A stretch of DNA of 64,000 bases, taken from the NCBI GenBank assembly GCA_905178155.1, contig CAJINV010000008.1, positions 496,001-560,000 of the forward strand, given 5' to 3'. This document shows, in pieces, positions 13,601 through 24,465 of this stretch. The notes under the pieces were generated by a model, which made no database searches, was not told the origin of the DNA, and saw only the letters and a list, made by a program, of their open reading frames with translations. Every line of letters begins with the position of its first letter. Positions within the stretch are counted from its first letter, which is position 1. This stretch comes from Amoebophrya sp. A120. Taxonomy: Eukaryota > Protista > Dinoflagellata. The translations under genes and the position numbers were made by a program.

Positions 13601-16600
13601 CAGGGAAATGGCTTCTGGTGTGCGCTGAAACTCCAGATACGGTTCGCGACCGAGTTCCCAGGCCTCGCTGTCATAAACTGCCATTTGCTTCTCGATCAAG
13701 TCGATGGCGGCACTCGACTCGGTGCTTGCCATGATGTCCGCCACCAAGAGCCACAGCTGCGGATCCGGATTTTTCTTGCTTGTACACAACTTCACCAAGG
13801 ACCGGCATTCTCGATCTGCCTCTTCCGGGGTGCAGAATTGCGTCTTCGAGCTCGACGAACTGGAGGAGCTGTTCCCGAAAATTACCGGGTACACCGCTAA
13901 GCGCTTGTGCATCAGCTGCGCCACGTCGTTTGTCGGGTTCACCGACAGGCTCTGATCCAAGCAGCGCCTGGCCTGCTTCAGCTCCCCCAGGTTTTCGAAC
14001 ACCACTGCTTGATTATACCACAACACGGCCTCGTCTTCCTGCGTCAGCTGCCCCCCGTGCATTTTCTTCACCTGTGCCTTCTCCATGGATTTCGACGCCA
14101 GCTGCAAATGGTTAAAGTGGAAGTGCAAGTGCGCCACGTCGTTCCAAAGTTTGTACTCGGATCGCGCGAGATCGGGATGCTGTCGAAGCGCCTTCTCATC
14201 CTGGTCGAAAAGATAATCCCAGTAGCTGAACTGTTTTTCGTTCGCCTTTTCGTTTTCAATGTGACGCTCGATCGCCTCTTCTCTGGCCTGGAACTCCGCT
14301 TTTACAGGCGGCTTGGCCTTTTCCTCCACAGCCTTGCGCTTCTTGAGATCGTACTCTTCCATGACCTGCAAATTAGTGTAGAGTAAAATGCGAATGCCAT
14401 CATGTTTAGGAAGGAAAAAAACAACATACGCATCATCGCAATGATCACAACTTTTTATACGACGTAGGGGGGTGTCCGTGATAATATTCAAATTGTCAGA
14501 ACCCAGTGCTCTTTAGAAAGCGTCTCTGCACAGCACATGCCTCAGACGGCTCTTCTTATTTGTTTTCCGTGGCTCATCACTGCGGATAAAGAAAACACGT
14601 AAAAGACCACTACCAATACAACGCATGGTCAATGAATCTCGAAGTTGAAAAACGTAATTCACGATGCATCAGAACCCAGTGCTCTTGAGAAATTTTCTCC
14701 TCCCCGACAGGAAAATCTAGGAGGGAATCCGAATGTTTCTGCTTCTCATCATGCATTTCCTAAGAAGCAGCTTTACTCACAGTGACAGAGCGCTGATGAG
14801 ACACCATAACTAATAAAGGAACTCTATCAGAACCCAGTGCTCTTTAGAAATTTTCTCCTCCCCGACAGGAAAGTCTAGGAGGGAATCCGAATGTTTCTGC
14901 TTCTCATCATGCATTTCCTAAGAAGCGGCTTTGCTCACAATGGCAAAGCGCTGATGAGAGGCGATAACTAAAGGAACTCTATCAGAACCCAGTGCTCTAA
15001 AGAAGTTTTCTCCTCCCCGGTGAAGTTACCTAGGAGGGAATCCGATCGTTTCTGCTTCTCATCACGTCAAACAATCACCCCGAAACCAGACGAGGGTGGC
15101 AGCAGCAGGCCCGCGAAAGTACCCGAGTTGTACAGTACCTAGCTAGATCTAGTAACTAATGGTAATGTTCCCAATCAGAACCCAGTGCTCTTAGAAAGTG
15201 TCTCGCCTTCGATCCCTAGAGATCTCCGACGGCTCTTCTTATTTCGTTTCTTTCGTTCATCCTGAGGAGTGTCGCACAGCGTACGCCGCTCTCGCCTCTA
15301 AAGCTCTACAAAACCTAGGGTAAAGCCGAAAATTCATCAGACCGTTAACGAGCATGTTTTTTTCTCCAACGAGGCAGAGCCTCTGTCAGAATCCTTTCCT
15401 TTTAAACATTCAAAGTCATCCTGGTAGAAGTTTGTAGGACTAAGCAGTTTACAAGTTTGCAAGTAATCAATGTCAGAGTGAGTTTATCAGACTCGGTTAG
15501 GTTCTCGACACTTGCGCGTTCCGATCCTTTCCTTTTTATAAAATTTGGCTCATCATGAAAAGGCACATAGATGCAGACTCATTTCCTCATCATGCCGGAG
15601 CCTACAGGTCAACTTGATACTCTGCTTCATACAATCTCATTGTCAGAAAGCAAGTGCTAAAAGATTTTTCTCCAGACAAGCAGCAACACTGCTCCGTCGG
15701 AATCCTTTCCTTTTTAAAGTGCTCATCATGGTCAGGAGTGCAGAATTTAACTACGACTTGCATTTTACCTTGCGAAAAGTGTCAGAGGTGTGTCGTCAAG
15801 ATATCCACAACAGCGCAAGGTTGATTCGGACTCTTCTTATCATTTTCTGTGAGCTCATCATTACTTGTGTTTTCTTCTATTCATTTCCAGGTAAACATCC
15901 TTGGACAGGACAAAGAAATTCAGAGGTGTGTCGTTAGGTTATCCCCAAAAGGAAGCAGCTAATGCGGCTCACATTCGGACTCTTCTTATCATTTTTTCTT
16001 TGGCTCATCACGACAGATTCTTTACAGAAGAATGATCTTATGGATCGTGATTAGTTGAGTTCGTCGTGGATCAAGTTAGTAGCACGCGATCCCGTCGGCG
16101 AAATGCGGACGCTGTTGAAGCGTCGTCTTCTAGAGTAAAATTCTACCACGACCGCGAAAACCAATGCAAATAGCGTTTATTTGTACCTTTTGCTTGTCCA
16201 CTTGCAGCTTTTCGATTCGCTCACGACGTCGCTCTGCGTTGACCCGTTTGGCGGCGTCCAGTTCTTCTCCCTTCGGCATGGGGTAGTGCTCCTGCAGAAT
16301 GCGCTCGTACTGTTCTAGCGCACTTCTTTTGTCGTGCTCGTCCCGCATCTGGGAGAATACGGAGGCTCGCAGTGACTTCACCTCGACCTCTGCCTGCCTG
16401 ACCTGCTCCCGCGCACGGGTGGAATTCTTGTCCCCGGAGTTTCGTGCGTAGGTCAGAAAACCATCGCAGGCCTTCAGTGCCTCCCGCCAGTCCTTGCACT
16501 CTGTAAAAGTGAATACCAGCTCCCTCATAATCTCCACGTCGTGCGGGATCATGTCGCGCAGCTTCAGCAGAGCGGACCGGGCGAAAAATGGCTTTCCTAT

Positions 16601-19600
16601 TACCCTATTGCAGTGGTACAGGCCCATCAACGCGCGCTGGTGATCGCCGCGGATGTCTGTTGTTTATGAATTTGGATACTTAGTACACAGTGGATTCCGT
16701 ATGCAGGCAAGATGATGCAAATCAATTGCCATAGGAAACACAAACACTAGACGTGCGCTACATGATGAAGCTGCACGGGCAGCAGTAAAGAGAGAGAGAG
16801 AGAGAGAGAGTTGGACTAGCGACGCGGACTTACATACGTACATGTTCAGACATATGCTTGTCATTCTGGAAATCGTCATCCGAACGTCGGATGGTTGATC
16901 CCATGAGAAATGATTTCATCAGTTGCTCAATTGTCCAAAAGAGTGGTATGACGACGGGGCCGAAAGAAAATTCTCTGCGATCAGACTATGGGTGATGTGT
17001 TGTGTCAGTGTCTCATCACATCTCTCAGACGAACGAGACCTGTAACATTCTATCATCACAACTTCTGAACTTCTCCATAAACCACCTCCACGAGTTGACA
17101 TCGCGCATATGAGCAGCACTTTACGTTAGTATCTAGATTGATTCATCACAAGCGCGACCATACAACTGCTCGTCAACTTTGCTGATGTATACCTGTCGCC
17201 TGCGTGAAGTATTGAATCGCTTCGTCGAATTTTTTCCTCTTCTGGGCGACTTGGCCCAGCTGAAACAGCGTCTCTGCTTTGTCGGAGTTCAACTTCGTCG
17301 TGCTCAAAGACTGCTGTAACCTAGATTCAATATCCTTCAACGACTTTTCTATGGCCTTTTCGTCCTTGTTGTCGAAATTTTGCACGGCCTGAAAAGCCAG
17401 GTCGCCGAACGCCTGTGCACAAACGGGGTCCTTCGATGCCCGATCATACACCTTTTTCATGAGTTCCGTCCGTCCCGCGGGCGTGCTCGTTGTGCTCCAC
17501 GAAAGACGGGCTGCCACAGCTTCAGCGTGGTTCGGATCCTTTTTCAGGACTTCCGCTAACGCTTGCATAGCCTTTTCTGTGTCGCCGAGGGCTTGGTGGC
17601 AGAGGGCAATAAACCTGATTGATCGTTCCGAGTTGGTGATTGCGGGACCACTCGGAAAATTGCGAAGAACAACCAAATCAAGATGCACAAATCTTATGAG
17701 CGGGCGCGGTGTATCCTTACTAGATCCATGGATTTGTATATCCCTCTTCCCTTTCTTATTATCAGACTATGGGTGATGTTTGCAGAAGTTGTCTCATCAC
17801 ATCTCTCAGACGAACGAGACCTCTTCTTTTTTATGCATCATCGAGAAAGCGTTGAGGTAGACCGCGCGAAAATTTTGTGGCGGTTCGCCATCCTCGCGCC
17901 GCACAATTGTCATATCATACGAGCGAATGCAAAGACTTTTTTCAGTACAGCGGAGAAGTTTTGTCTAAAAGCCCAAACTTCAGATACTGTTTTGTTGAGC
18001 TCGTAATTGGCTCATCATTCTTCACACGAAAAGATTCCTGTACGCCGCGCATAGCCTCGTTGACTTCCAGCATCATCCAGAACTGCATAACGTATAGAAA
18101 GGTATCGAAGAGTAGTCAGTACCACAGGACGTGTGGGCTGTATTGATGTATGTTGAAGACACATGTCTCGAAGGCGTCCAGTGCCTGCCCGAATTTTCTC
18201 TGTGTGTACCAGAGGCAGCCCAGACCCGTATGTGCAAACGCCAAGATTTCCCGCTCTATTGCGCTTTGCCATTTCAGCCGGTCCCTGCTGCTTTCGTCCG
18301 CGTTTTGTTGCTGTGTTATTTCAATATTCGAGAAAGTTAGCAGCAACCCGCCGTCGTTTACAATGAAAGGATGTCCATGACGAGAGCCTCTTGTTCAAAA
18401 ACAACTTCTACTACGCACTTTTCTTGCGATTGCCGTAGTCTGATTTGCAAGTAGCTAAATCTCCCTACCTGGATTTCCACCTGGTTGATAGCAGCCTGGA
18501 AGTCGGGCTCGGCCTTCTTAAGCAAAAGGTCGGTGTGTTTTTTGCTCAGATCGTATTCGTCAAGCGCAAGTTGGGCACGCGTCACGAACATGCGCGCCGA
18601 ACTCTCTGGCTGCGCGAAAAAACCCATTTCAGTTGCTCGCTTCAAGACTTCGCGAGCATCTGTCAGCAGCCTGTTGGATTGATGTTCCAATTGCAATTAG
18701 CAGGAATAGAGTCTTCAATACACACTATGCATTCTGGTCTGGACAAGCTTGTCGCAGACACGCAGCAAGCTCTGTGATATGCCTCTGCTTAATGTAGGTC
18801 GTGAAGGCCATCAGAGGACGTCAAACAAATAATGAATCTGATACTGATTGCAGCGACTAGGTGGCTCGGTTCCTGCCTTCGCCTTGTAGACCAGATGCTG
18901 CACTTTGATGGCGATCATCTCTGCGGCACAGGTGAACTCTTTCTTGGTCAGCACATCGTGGAGATGCACACGTCGTCCTTGTTTCTTGGCTTCCCCAACG
19001 AATCGCTCGTACTGAGACTGCAAGTGCTTCATACCGCCGCTTATCGCTTCCTCGAATGGTGCCTGCAGATTCTCCTCCTGCAGTATCCTACTGATTACCG
19101 CAGTCAACTCGTAGCGATTCACCAACGTGTCCGTAGTTACCATTTTCAGGATCCCGGGGAGCGACTTGTTGTTCAGCAGATCCGCGCGGGTTACTTTCGT
19201 GGGCTCCGGCAAACCCTCAATCAGCATACCGACCTGCGAAATAATGATCGTGGGAAACGCAATATGTTGGCAAACAGCGCCAACAGAGCTTGTCAGTGGA
19301 AGTGTCGGAATAGGGTAACTTTGTCCAAGAAGTTTGTTAGTTTGGCCATCATGATCAGAAGCGCCTACATTTGGAATAATATTCCGAGATTGATAGTACG
19401 ACCCACCCAGGTAGTTCGTAGGGCGGCGAACGGCTGGCGCGCCGACACAGACACAGCAACGCGGTGACAAAAAAATTAACAGTGGCAGGGGTCCCGTACG
19501 GAGGATGGAAAAGTGGCAACAGGTGGAGGCAGCGGGACGAAATGCGTCGTGCAATTTTTTCTCCTGACGATGGCGGCAAAAGAATAAGATGAGAGGAGGC

Positions 19601-20168
19601 AACACGCTGAAAATGAAGTAATCAGTCGCAAGGCTGCATGGTGGAAATTTCGCGATACCGGTACGAGAACGAGATCAAAATAATCAAGCAGAAAATAAAA
19701 GGCGGCGAGAAGAGAGTCCTCTTGCGGCGGCGGATGCGGAGGGAGATCGCGTACAACTCAGCAATGAGAGGCCACAACTGATGACAAGTGTAGAAAAGAG
19801 CCGGAAACGAAAGATAAATATTGCCGGCGCCCAGATTCGAATCTCTTCTTGGATCATGAGTAGCTAGTAACTTACTATCTCCTTCCAAACGGCAAGCACA
19901 TTGAAATGATCATCAAAATATTTTTTTCTACCTCGCTAGGATATATGTCTGGCTTGGGTGCAGGTCCGTCCTGCGGCCGCAGCCGGGGTGATGCCATGGG
20001 ATGATCCGCCAACCTGGGTGAAGCGAGCGGCGAAGCGACCGGGGAGCGCATCGCCTTGCTTCCCAGCCCGCGCGCACCGAGTGGGCTTCCGACCGGAGAG
20101 CCGCCAAGGGCATTGCCCAGGCGCAGCGCCGGCACCGGTGCCGTGGAAGACGTGGCGCGATCCGCCAT
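10700..20168 (-). CDS. CTR9: CTR9-like TPR protein (PAF1 complex), multi-exon, snoRNA host gene
   Basis: TPR-like helices across many exons (HTGLGCLWY, AETLFQLGQVA, LWYNQAVVFENLG, AKNGLGMLLA, IRVNLAHTML, CYNMGVL) and a charged K/D/E-rich C-terminus. Exon 20168-19932 (…YPSE|gtag) joins in frame to cag|VGMLIEG near 19233. Confidence 0.6.
14496..14580 (-). ncRNA. Box C/D snoRNA; D guide for LSU CCCAGUGCUCU (snR76/SNORD88-type site), D' guide for LSU CGGCUCUUC region
   Basis: Plus strand has tcag (reverse complement of box D) + aacccagtgctct, an internal tcag + acggctcttctta, and tcatca (reverse complement of box C) at 14574-14579. Confidence 0.8.
14669..14752 (-). ncRNA. Box C/D snoRNA; guides CCCAGUGCUCU and GGGAAUCCGA (LSU)
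   Basis: tcag at 14669, guide aacccagtgctct, ctag+gagggaatccga, tcatca at 14746-14751. Confidence 0.8.
14827..14910 (-). ncRNA. Box C/D snoRNA, tandem copy of 14669-14752
   Basis: Near-identical sequence at a 158-bp period. Confidence 0.8.
14982..15065 (-). ncRNA. Box C/D snoRNA, third tandem copy
   Basis: Same boxes and guides with a diverged middle; 155-bp period. Confidence 0.8.
15175..15263 (-). ncRNA. Box C/D snoRNA, paralog of 14496-14580
   Basis: tcag+aacccagtgctct, gacggctcttctta, and a C-like box (GGAUGA) at 15257-15262. Confidence 0.7.
15337..15422 (-). ncRNA. Box C/D snoRNA; D guide for SSU CCGUUAACGA
   Basis: tcag+accgttaacga, internal tcag+aatcctttccttt, tcatcc at 15416-15421. 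Confidence 0.7.
15487..15556 (-). ncRNA. Box C/D snoRNA (shares ATCCTTTCCTTTT D' guide)
   Basis: tcag at 15487 and tcatca at 15550-15555. The guide is conserved in neighbouring copies. Confidence 0.65.
15643..15729 (-). ncRNA. Box C/D snoRNA (shares ATCCTTTCCTTTT D' guide)
   Basis: tcag at 15643 and tcatca at 15723-15728. Confidence 0.65.
15782..15861 (-). ncRNA. Box C/D snoRNA; D' guide for LSU CUCUUC(C/U)UAUCAUU
   Basis: tcag+aggtgtgtcgt, tcgg+actcttcttatcatt, tcatca at 15855-15860. Confidence 0.7.
15920..16011 (-). ncRNA. Box C/D snoRNA, paralog of 15782-15861
   Basis: Same two guides are conserved with a divergent spacer; tcatca at 16005-16010. Confidence 0.7.
16846..16922 (-). ncRNA. 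Box C/D snoRNA, snR74/U27-type (SSU Am28), with a second guide to SSU 5' UGGUUGAUCC
   Basis: tcag+acatatgcttgtc matches 18S CAUAUGCUUGUC and the D+5 rule gives the A28 equivalent. Also tcgg+atggttgatcc, and tcatca at 16916-16921. Confidence 0.85.
16981..17059 (-). ncRNA. Box C/D snoRNA; guides SSU CUAUGGGUG (snR55/U33-type site) and ACGAACGAGACC
   Basis: D, C', D' and C boxes are all present (tcag 16981, tcatca 17013, tcag 17026, tcatca 17053). Confidence 0.85.
17762..17841 (-). ncRNA. Box C/D snoRNA, paralog of 16981-17059 in the next intron
   Basis: tcagactatgggtgatgt...gtctcatcacatctctcagacgaacgagacct is shared; box C variant AUGAUGC. Confidence 0.8.
17942..18018 (-). ncRNA. Putative box C/D snoRNA, target uncertain
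   Basis: tcag at 17942, internal tcag at 17980, tcatca at 18012-18017. It is 77 nt and intronic. Confidence 0.55.
19622..19688 (-). ncRNA. Putative box C/D snoRNA; guide for SSU UCGCAAGGCUG
   Basis: tcag+tcgcaaggctg matches 18S GUCGCAAGGCUG. The box C is only a variant (UUGAUUA, 19681-19687). Confidence 0.45.
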
Positions 20169-22680
20169 GATCTCTCCTCCAGAGAGCAGGTTTTGCGACC
20201 TCTAATATTGATGAATCCGGGATGATTCCGAGCCGGCTGCTTGTCGTCCACCCCAATCGACACAAGTTTTTCCTCGGCCGGCGCTTCGTGTCAATTGCCC
20301 GAAGGACCTGCAGGTGCGGAAGCCCAAGGCGGATCTTGTTAGTAGCTGCTCTTTTCTCGTCACAACAATGATGGCCGAGGGGAAGGTGTTGTCGCAGATT
20401 GAGATTGATAAAGTGCGCCGAAAACTTCTACTCTTTGCCGCAGAAATAAAACGTGGTCTTTGACGAATGCCAAGAAATTGTGTCCGTAGCCAGCTTGCCT
20501 CGTTGGATCAGGAATGAGGTCGGAAAAAGCGCTATTTGCGGGCAGCGAACAGCGATTTAGCTTCGCTCTTCTCCGTTCGTTCCCGTTCCTTGCCGTGGTA
20601 TTTGCGTTTTTGCAACAACACTTTCTGAGCCATGTACTAGGAACGAGGTAGCAACTTTTTTCTATCCGATCCCTTCCAACCTAGCAGCAACGCTGTGAAA
20701 AACTTGATCCAAGGAAGCATAAGTAGCGATAGACTGCCGTTGTTATCGATGTGCAGCAGTTGCAATTGCGATCGCAGTCTTCAAATTGCTGGTGAAGTCT
20801 ACAAAAAGGGCACGCCACCGAGTCTGAAAGCACTGACGAAGCGACTAAGAGATCATAAACGCTCCAAGAAATGCTACGTAGTTGCGCGGGCACTTGCGTC
20901 GGTACTATTTGAGAATCGAAATAAACACCGTAAGTCGCTGTCGTGTGAAATCATATGGTATTGCTGTCTAGATAAAAAGTAGTCCAAAAGGGCTTTACCC
21001 GAGAAGTAACTAAGCGCATCACTAATTATCTGCCGACATGTATTATCTTTAAAAAATATTCCATTTCACTTCAAAAAAAACAAAGCTCAGCTCTCGGCGT
21101 GTGAAGCTAACGGAGGAGCCTGGGAAAAGTTGTACAATCGCAGAAAACAAACTGCAAGCCTAAGTGGATTGAGCACGGCTCAAATTTCTTGCTCGATATT
21201 TTTGGACGACCACGAAGTACTGCCTTATCGACACTTTCAGTGCGGTCGCGCGAGCCTCCTCGTCGTCGATGTCGTCAAATAACAGCTATGAGTTCATCCT
21301 GCAGAAGTTAAATGTGTTTGCGAGAGATAAATCGGGTGTACTCGAATCGATCCACGGGTCGTCGAAATAACTTTCAACAAGACGATTCAATTTTATCGAA
21401 CTGCCCTAGCGTTAGCTAAGTGTCTGACTCTGGTGACCATTCGTCGCGGGTAAATTTATGACGCGCTTCCAACTAGTATTCCGCCTTGCTCTGTACGTTC
21501 ACGTGAGCGCGACGATTTACCAGTAAACCAGCTGCATCACGAGCGGAAAAGCACCGCGCCCGAGAAGTCACGGTGCAAAGATACTGTGCGTACGTGTGAG
21601 CAGTGGAAGTGGTCTGCAGAGACATATTAGCTTTGGAGATTTCAATTTCCTTGCAGCTCTGCATCAACGACACAACATCTTCGAGGATCAGTGCCACTGC
21701 GAGGACATCAGGAGCAGACTTCGAACGACTAGCAATTTCCCCCGCTGCGATCTTTTGTATTTTCATTTGCAGCACACTGCTTTGCCGGACACGATTTCCA
21801 TTCTGCTCTCTTTGAAGACATTTGTTCGTTCATCGCGGATTTATCGCTTGCAGATCAACAAGGCAAGGGCCGAGGAATCCGCGTAGAGACTTCGCCGCAC
21901 TCGCAAGCCATATCGAACGGCTTCCCAGGCAACATCTCTCAGCAAAGATGAACTGTCTCTGCATCTTAACCCCGAGGATCGGCTTCCCTCGTAATTGACA
22001 CTTTGTGCCTCACGTCTATTTTTGTGAAGAGCCACGATCCTTGCATTTTCTACGGCATTTCTAGAAAGACCAGAGAACTCCCCGAAATGGAAAAAGATCT
22101 ATCTCGATAAGTTGTACCCACTTGCGTGGTCAGGTTTCTTCCTTGCGCGTTCAACCTGATCACCCTTTCCAGGATCCTGTCTTTCATCGTGTCACCGTCT
22201 TTACTTTTTCTGATCCATGAGGACGAGGAGGTAGCGCTTGCTCTCGATCTCAACAGATCCAAGGTACTTCTATCAAGTAGTTCCAACGACAAACATCTCC
22301 GACCCTATCATATTTATAATTATTGCAACGGCTTTTTGATCAGGACTTCTAGCGTTGGTGGTAGGTAGTTTTGAGAAGCTTTTCGCGTCCTGGGAACATC
22401 GTCCTTGATCCTCCTCTGTGTGGACGCTGAAAAATGATATCCTGATGGTGCAAGAATTGACTCCAGTTCACGGTGACGGTTCAGGTAGTCGTCGGTTCAG
22501 GTAGTTGTCTTTTGAAAATTATTTTCAGAGCAGCTGCGATATTATTTTCGATCCGTGGCACTGTCATTGTTTTCTTGATGTACAGCACTACTTCATTCTA
22601 GTTGCAGACTTCCTTGCCGATAATCTATCAGTAGCAATAATTTCAGAGCGAAAATCACTAGTTCGTACAAATCTCCTTTT

Positions 22681-23415
22681 TTAGTGGTGGTGATCGTCAT
22701 GGTGTCCGTGCTCCGATTGTTGACTGCCCCGCCACTGGTCCTTGCCCTTCCAGTCGGGAAAGACTTCATAGCAACTGCCACGAACGTAGGGATGTCGCCA
22801 GTTTAGTCCGCTGTTTTCCGTGTCCACCCACACGTTAACCATGTTCGTGCCCAAAAACTGCCGATCCTGTTCGCGAATCACGACGAAGTAGTGGCCCGAC
22901 GACATCATGAAGATCACCAGGCCGAGAGGATAAAGACCTGAACAGGTTTTATAATGTAGTTCTCGTGAAGCTTTATTTATCCGATTTCGAATTAGGCACT
23001 CTGTCCCGATGGCGTCTTTTACTTTTGCGGCACGAAAAAGCGCAAAAAAATAAACACTCAGACTCACGATCCTACGGCACAACCTCAATCAACTGCTGTA
23101 AGTAAGTTCTACTGTCGGTACAAAAAAATTGTCGATACCGACCCATCCCCGTGGTCCGATGTACTTGTTCCCGTAAGCATAAAAATCGCGGCACACTTGC
23201 GGTACGATGCGCTTAGGTGTAGAAGCTTGGAACAGGGCGAATCGTGACGGACTTGCGCGGAAAACGCCACCAGCTCCGTTCGCAGCTTGTCGCGCGGCTG
23301 ATGCAGATGTTGGACCACCGATGACGAACTTGCGTGCAGAGGAGAAACGATTTAGAAGACCTCCCCCACCGCCCGCAGGGGCTATGGTCCTCTTTTGCGC
23401 CACGAGACGCAACAT
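22681..23415 (-). CDS. Small mitochondrion-targeted single-TM protein (possible respiratory-chain subunit), two exons
   Basis: Arg/Ala/Ser-rich presequence MLRLVAQKR..., TM segment LYPLGLVIFMMSSGHYFVVI and a His-rich C-terminus. Confidence 0.5.
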
Positions 23416-24465
23416 GAGGACCTGGACTTGTTGCGAAAGGGGGAAAACAACTACAGGCAATCATGAATGTATGACGATGAGGACGCGGCGAAAAAAAGGC
23501 TTCTCTCTTGCTTGCACTCTCTTTCTCTCTAGTACCGCATGATTTTCTCAAGAATGAATACATGGCATTGTTTCCCTCACGCTCCCTTCGGCACTGTCAT
23601 TCAGCCACATCGGACGGGGCCGACCATGCTTCAAGACAGTCGGAACATGAAAAATATCTTCTGCCGTTACCCTGGTCGCCGTGGGACTGTTGTGCCCACA
23701 AGTGCTCGCCGTCTGGATTGTGCGTTTTGATCGTACACCTAGTTTAGAAGGAAAGCTGTAGCTACAGGTTCATAATCGATGAATATGAAAAATCCCACGG
23801 TACAAAAGACCAACTAGACATTTTGATGCGCACATAAGAGCCAGCGTTTTGCTATTGGAGTGAATCACATAGAAAAGTTCAAGGCTGAGTTCAAGTTCTG
23901 TACTAACCGTACCACCTTTTTTCCCCGTTTTGTCAAATTGTCAAGAAACACCTAAGTATGATAGAAAAGTTGATTGTTCTGTTCAAGTGAAGAAATGTCG
24001 GAATATTTTCAAGTTTTTCGGGTCGCTTCGCTTTCGGCTTCCAGTCCGCTTTTCCGGCAGGATATGCTTTTGGAAACAAAACAAAAGCCGGAAGGACGAT
24101 TTTCTCTTTTTATGGAAAAGTGAAACGGCAAAGACGAGAAACGAGGAACGTGTACCTTTTAACTAGACTAAGTTGTACCTAGAGCGGAGTTGTAAAACCC
24201 GAGAAATCTGAGTTCAAACTTGACCTGGAGTCTACTATTGCTATATTCCAGTAAACTATTGTGTTCCATTGAAATCTAAAACTCTAAAGTTCTGCTCAAC
24301 CGACGTTGGAGTCGGTTGCTTGTCTGTGTCTGATTCCTTCTAGTTATTAATAGTGAAAAAGCATATTCTGTTGGAAATGAGTTTTCTTTCGGTTTGAGTT
24401 CTTCATGATTTGATTTTGTTTGTAACTTGCTAAGACTGCTTCTCGGACATCATTTTCCTGGCTGC

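Noticed and set aside
14496-15263. CRISPR-like array (repeated TCAGAACCCAGTGCTCT)
   Set aside because: Eukaryotic context with no cas genes. Period is about 155-190 bp with homologous 'spacers', and the repeat is explained as box D plus an rRNA guide.
16789-16810. (AG)n microsatellite; also (ATC)n at 31873-31896
   Set aside because: Ordinary intronic simple repeats.
17060-17148. Additional C/D snoRNA (box C at 17142-17148)
   Set aside because: No canonical box D or recognisable guide at a suitable distance.
14496-17841. rRNA gene fragments
   Set aside because: Matches are only 9-14 nt, always adjacent to D/D' boxes, so they are snoRNA guides and not rDNA.
20681-22470. Possible gene between the CTR9-like and mitochondrial genes
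   Set aside because: Only short ORF fragments with stops in the frames checked and no recognisable domain. It cannot be supported, though a spliced gene is not excluded.
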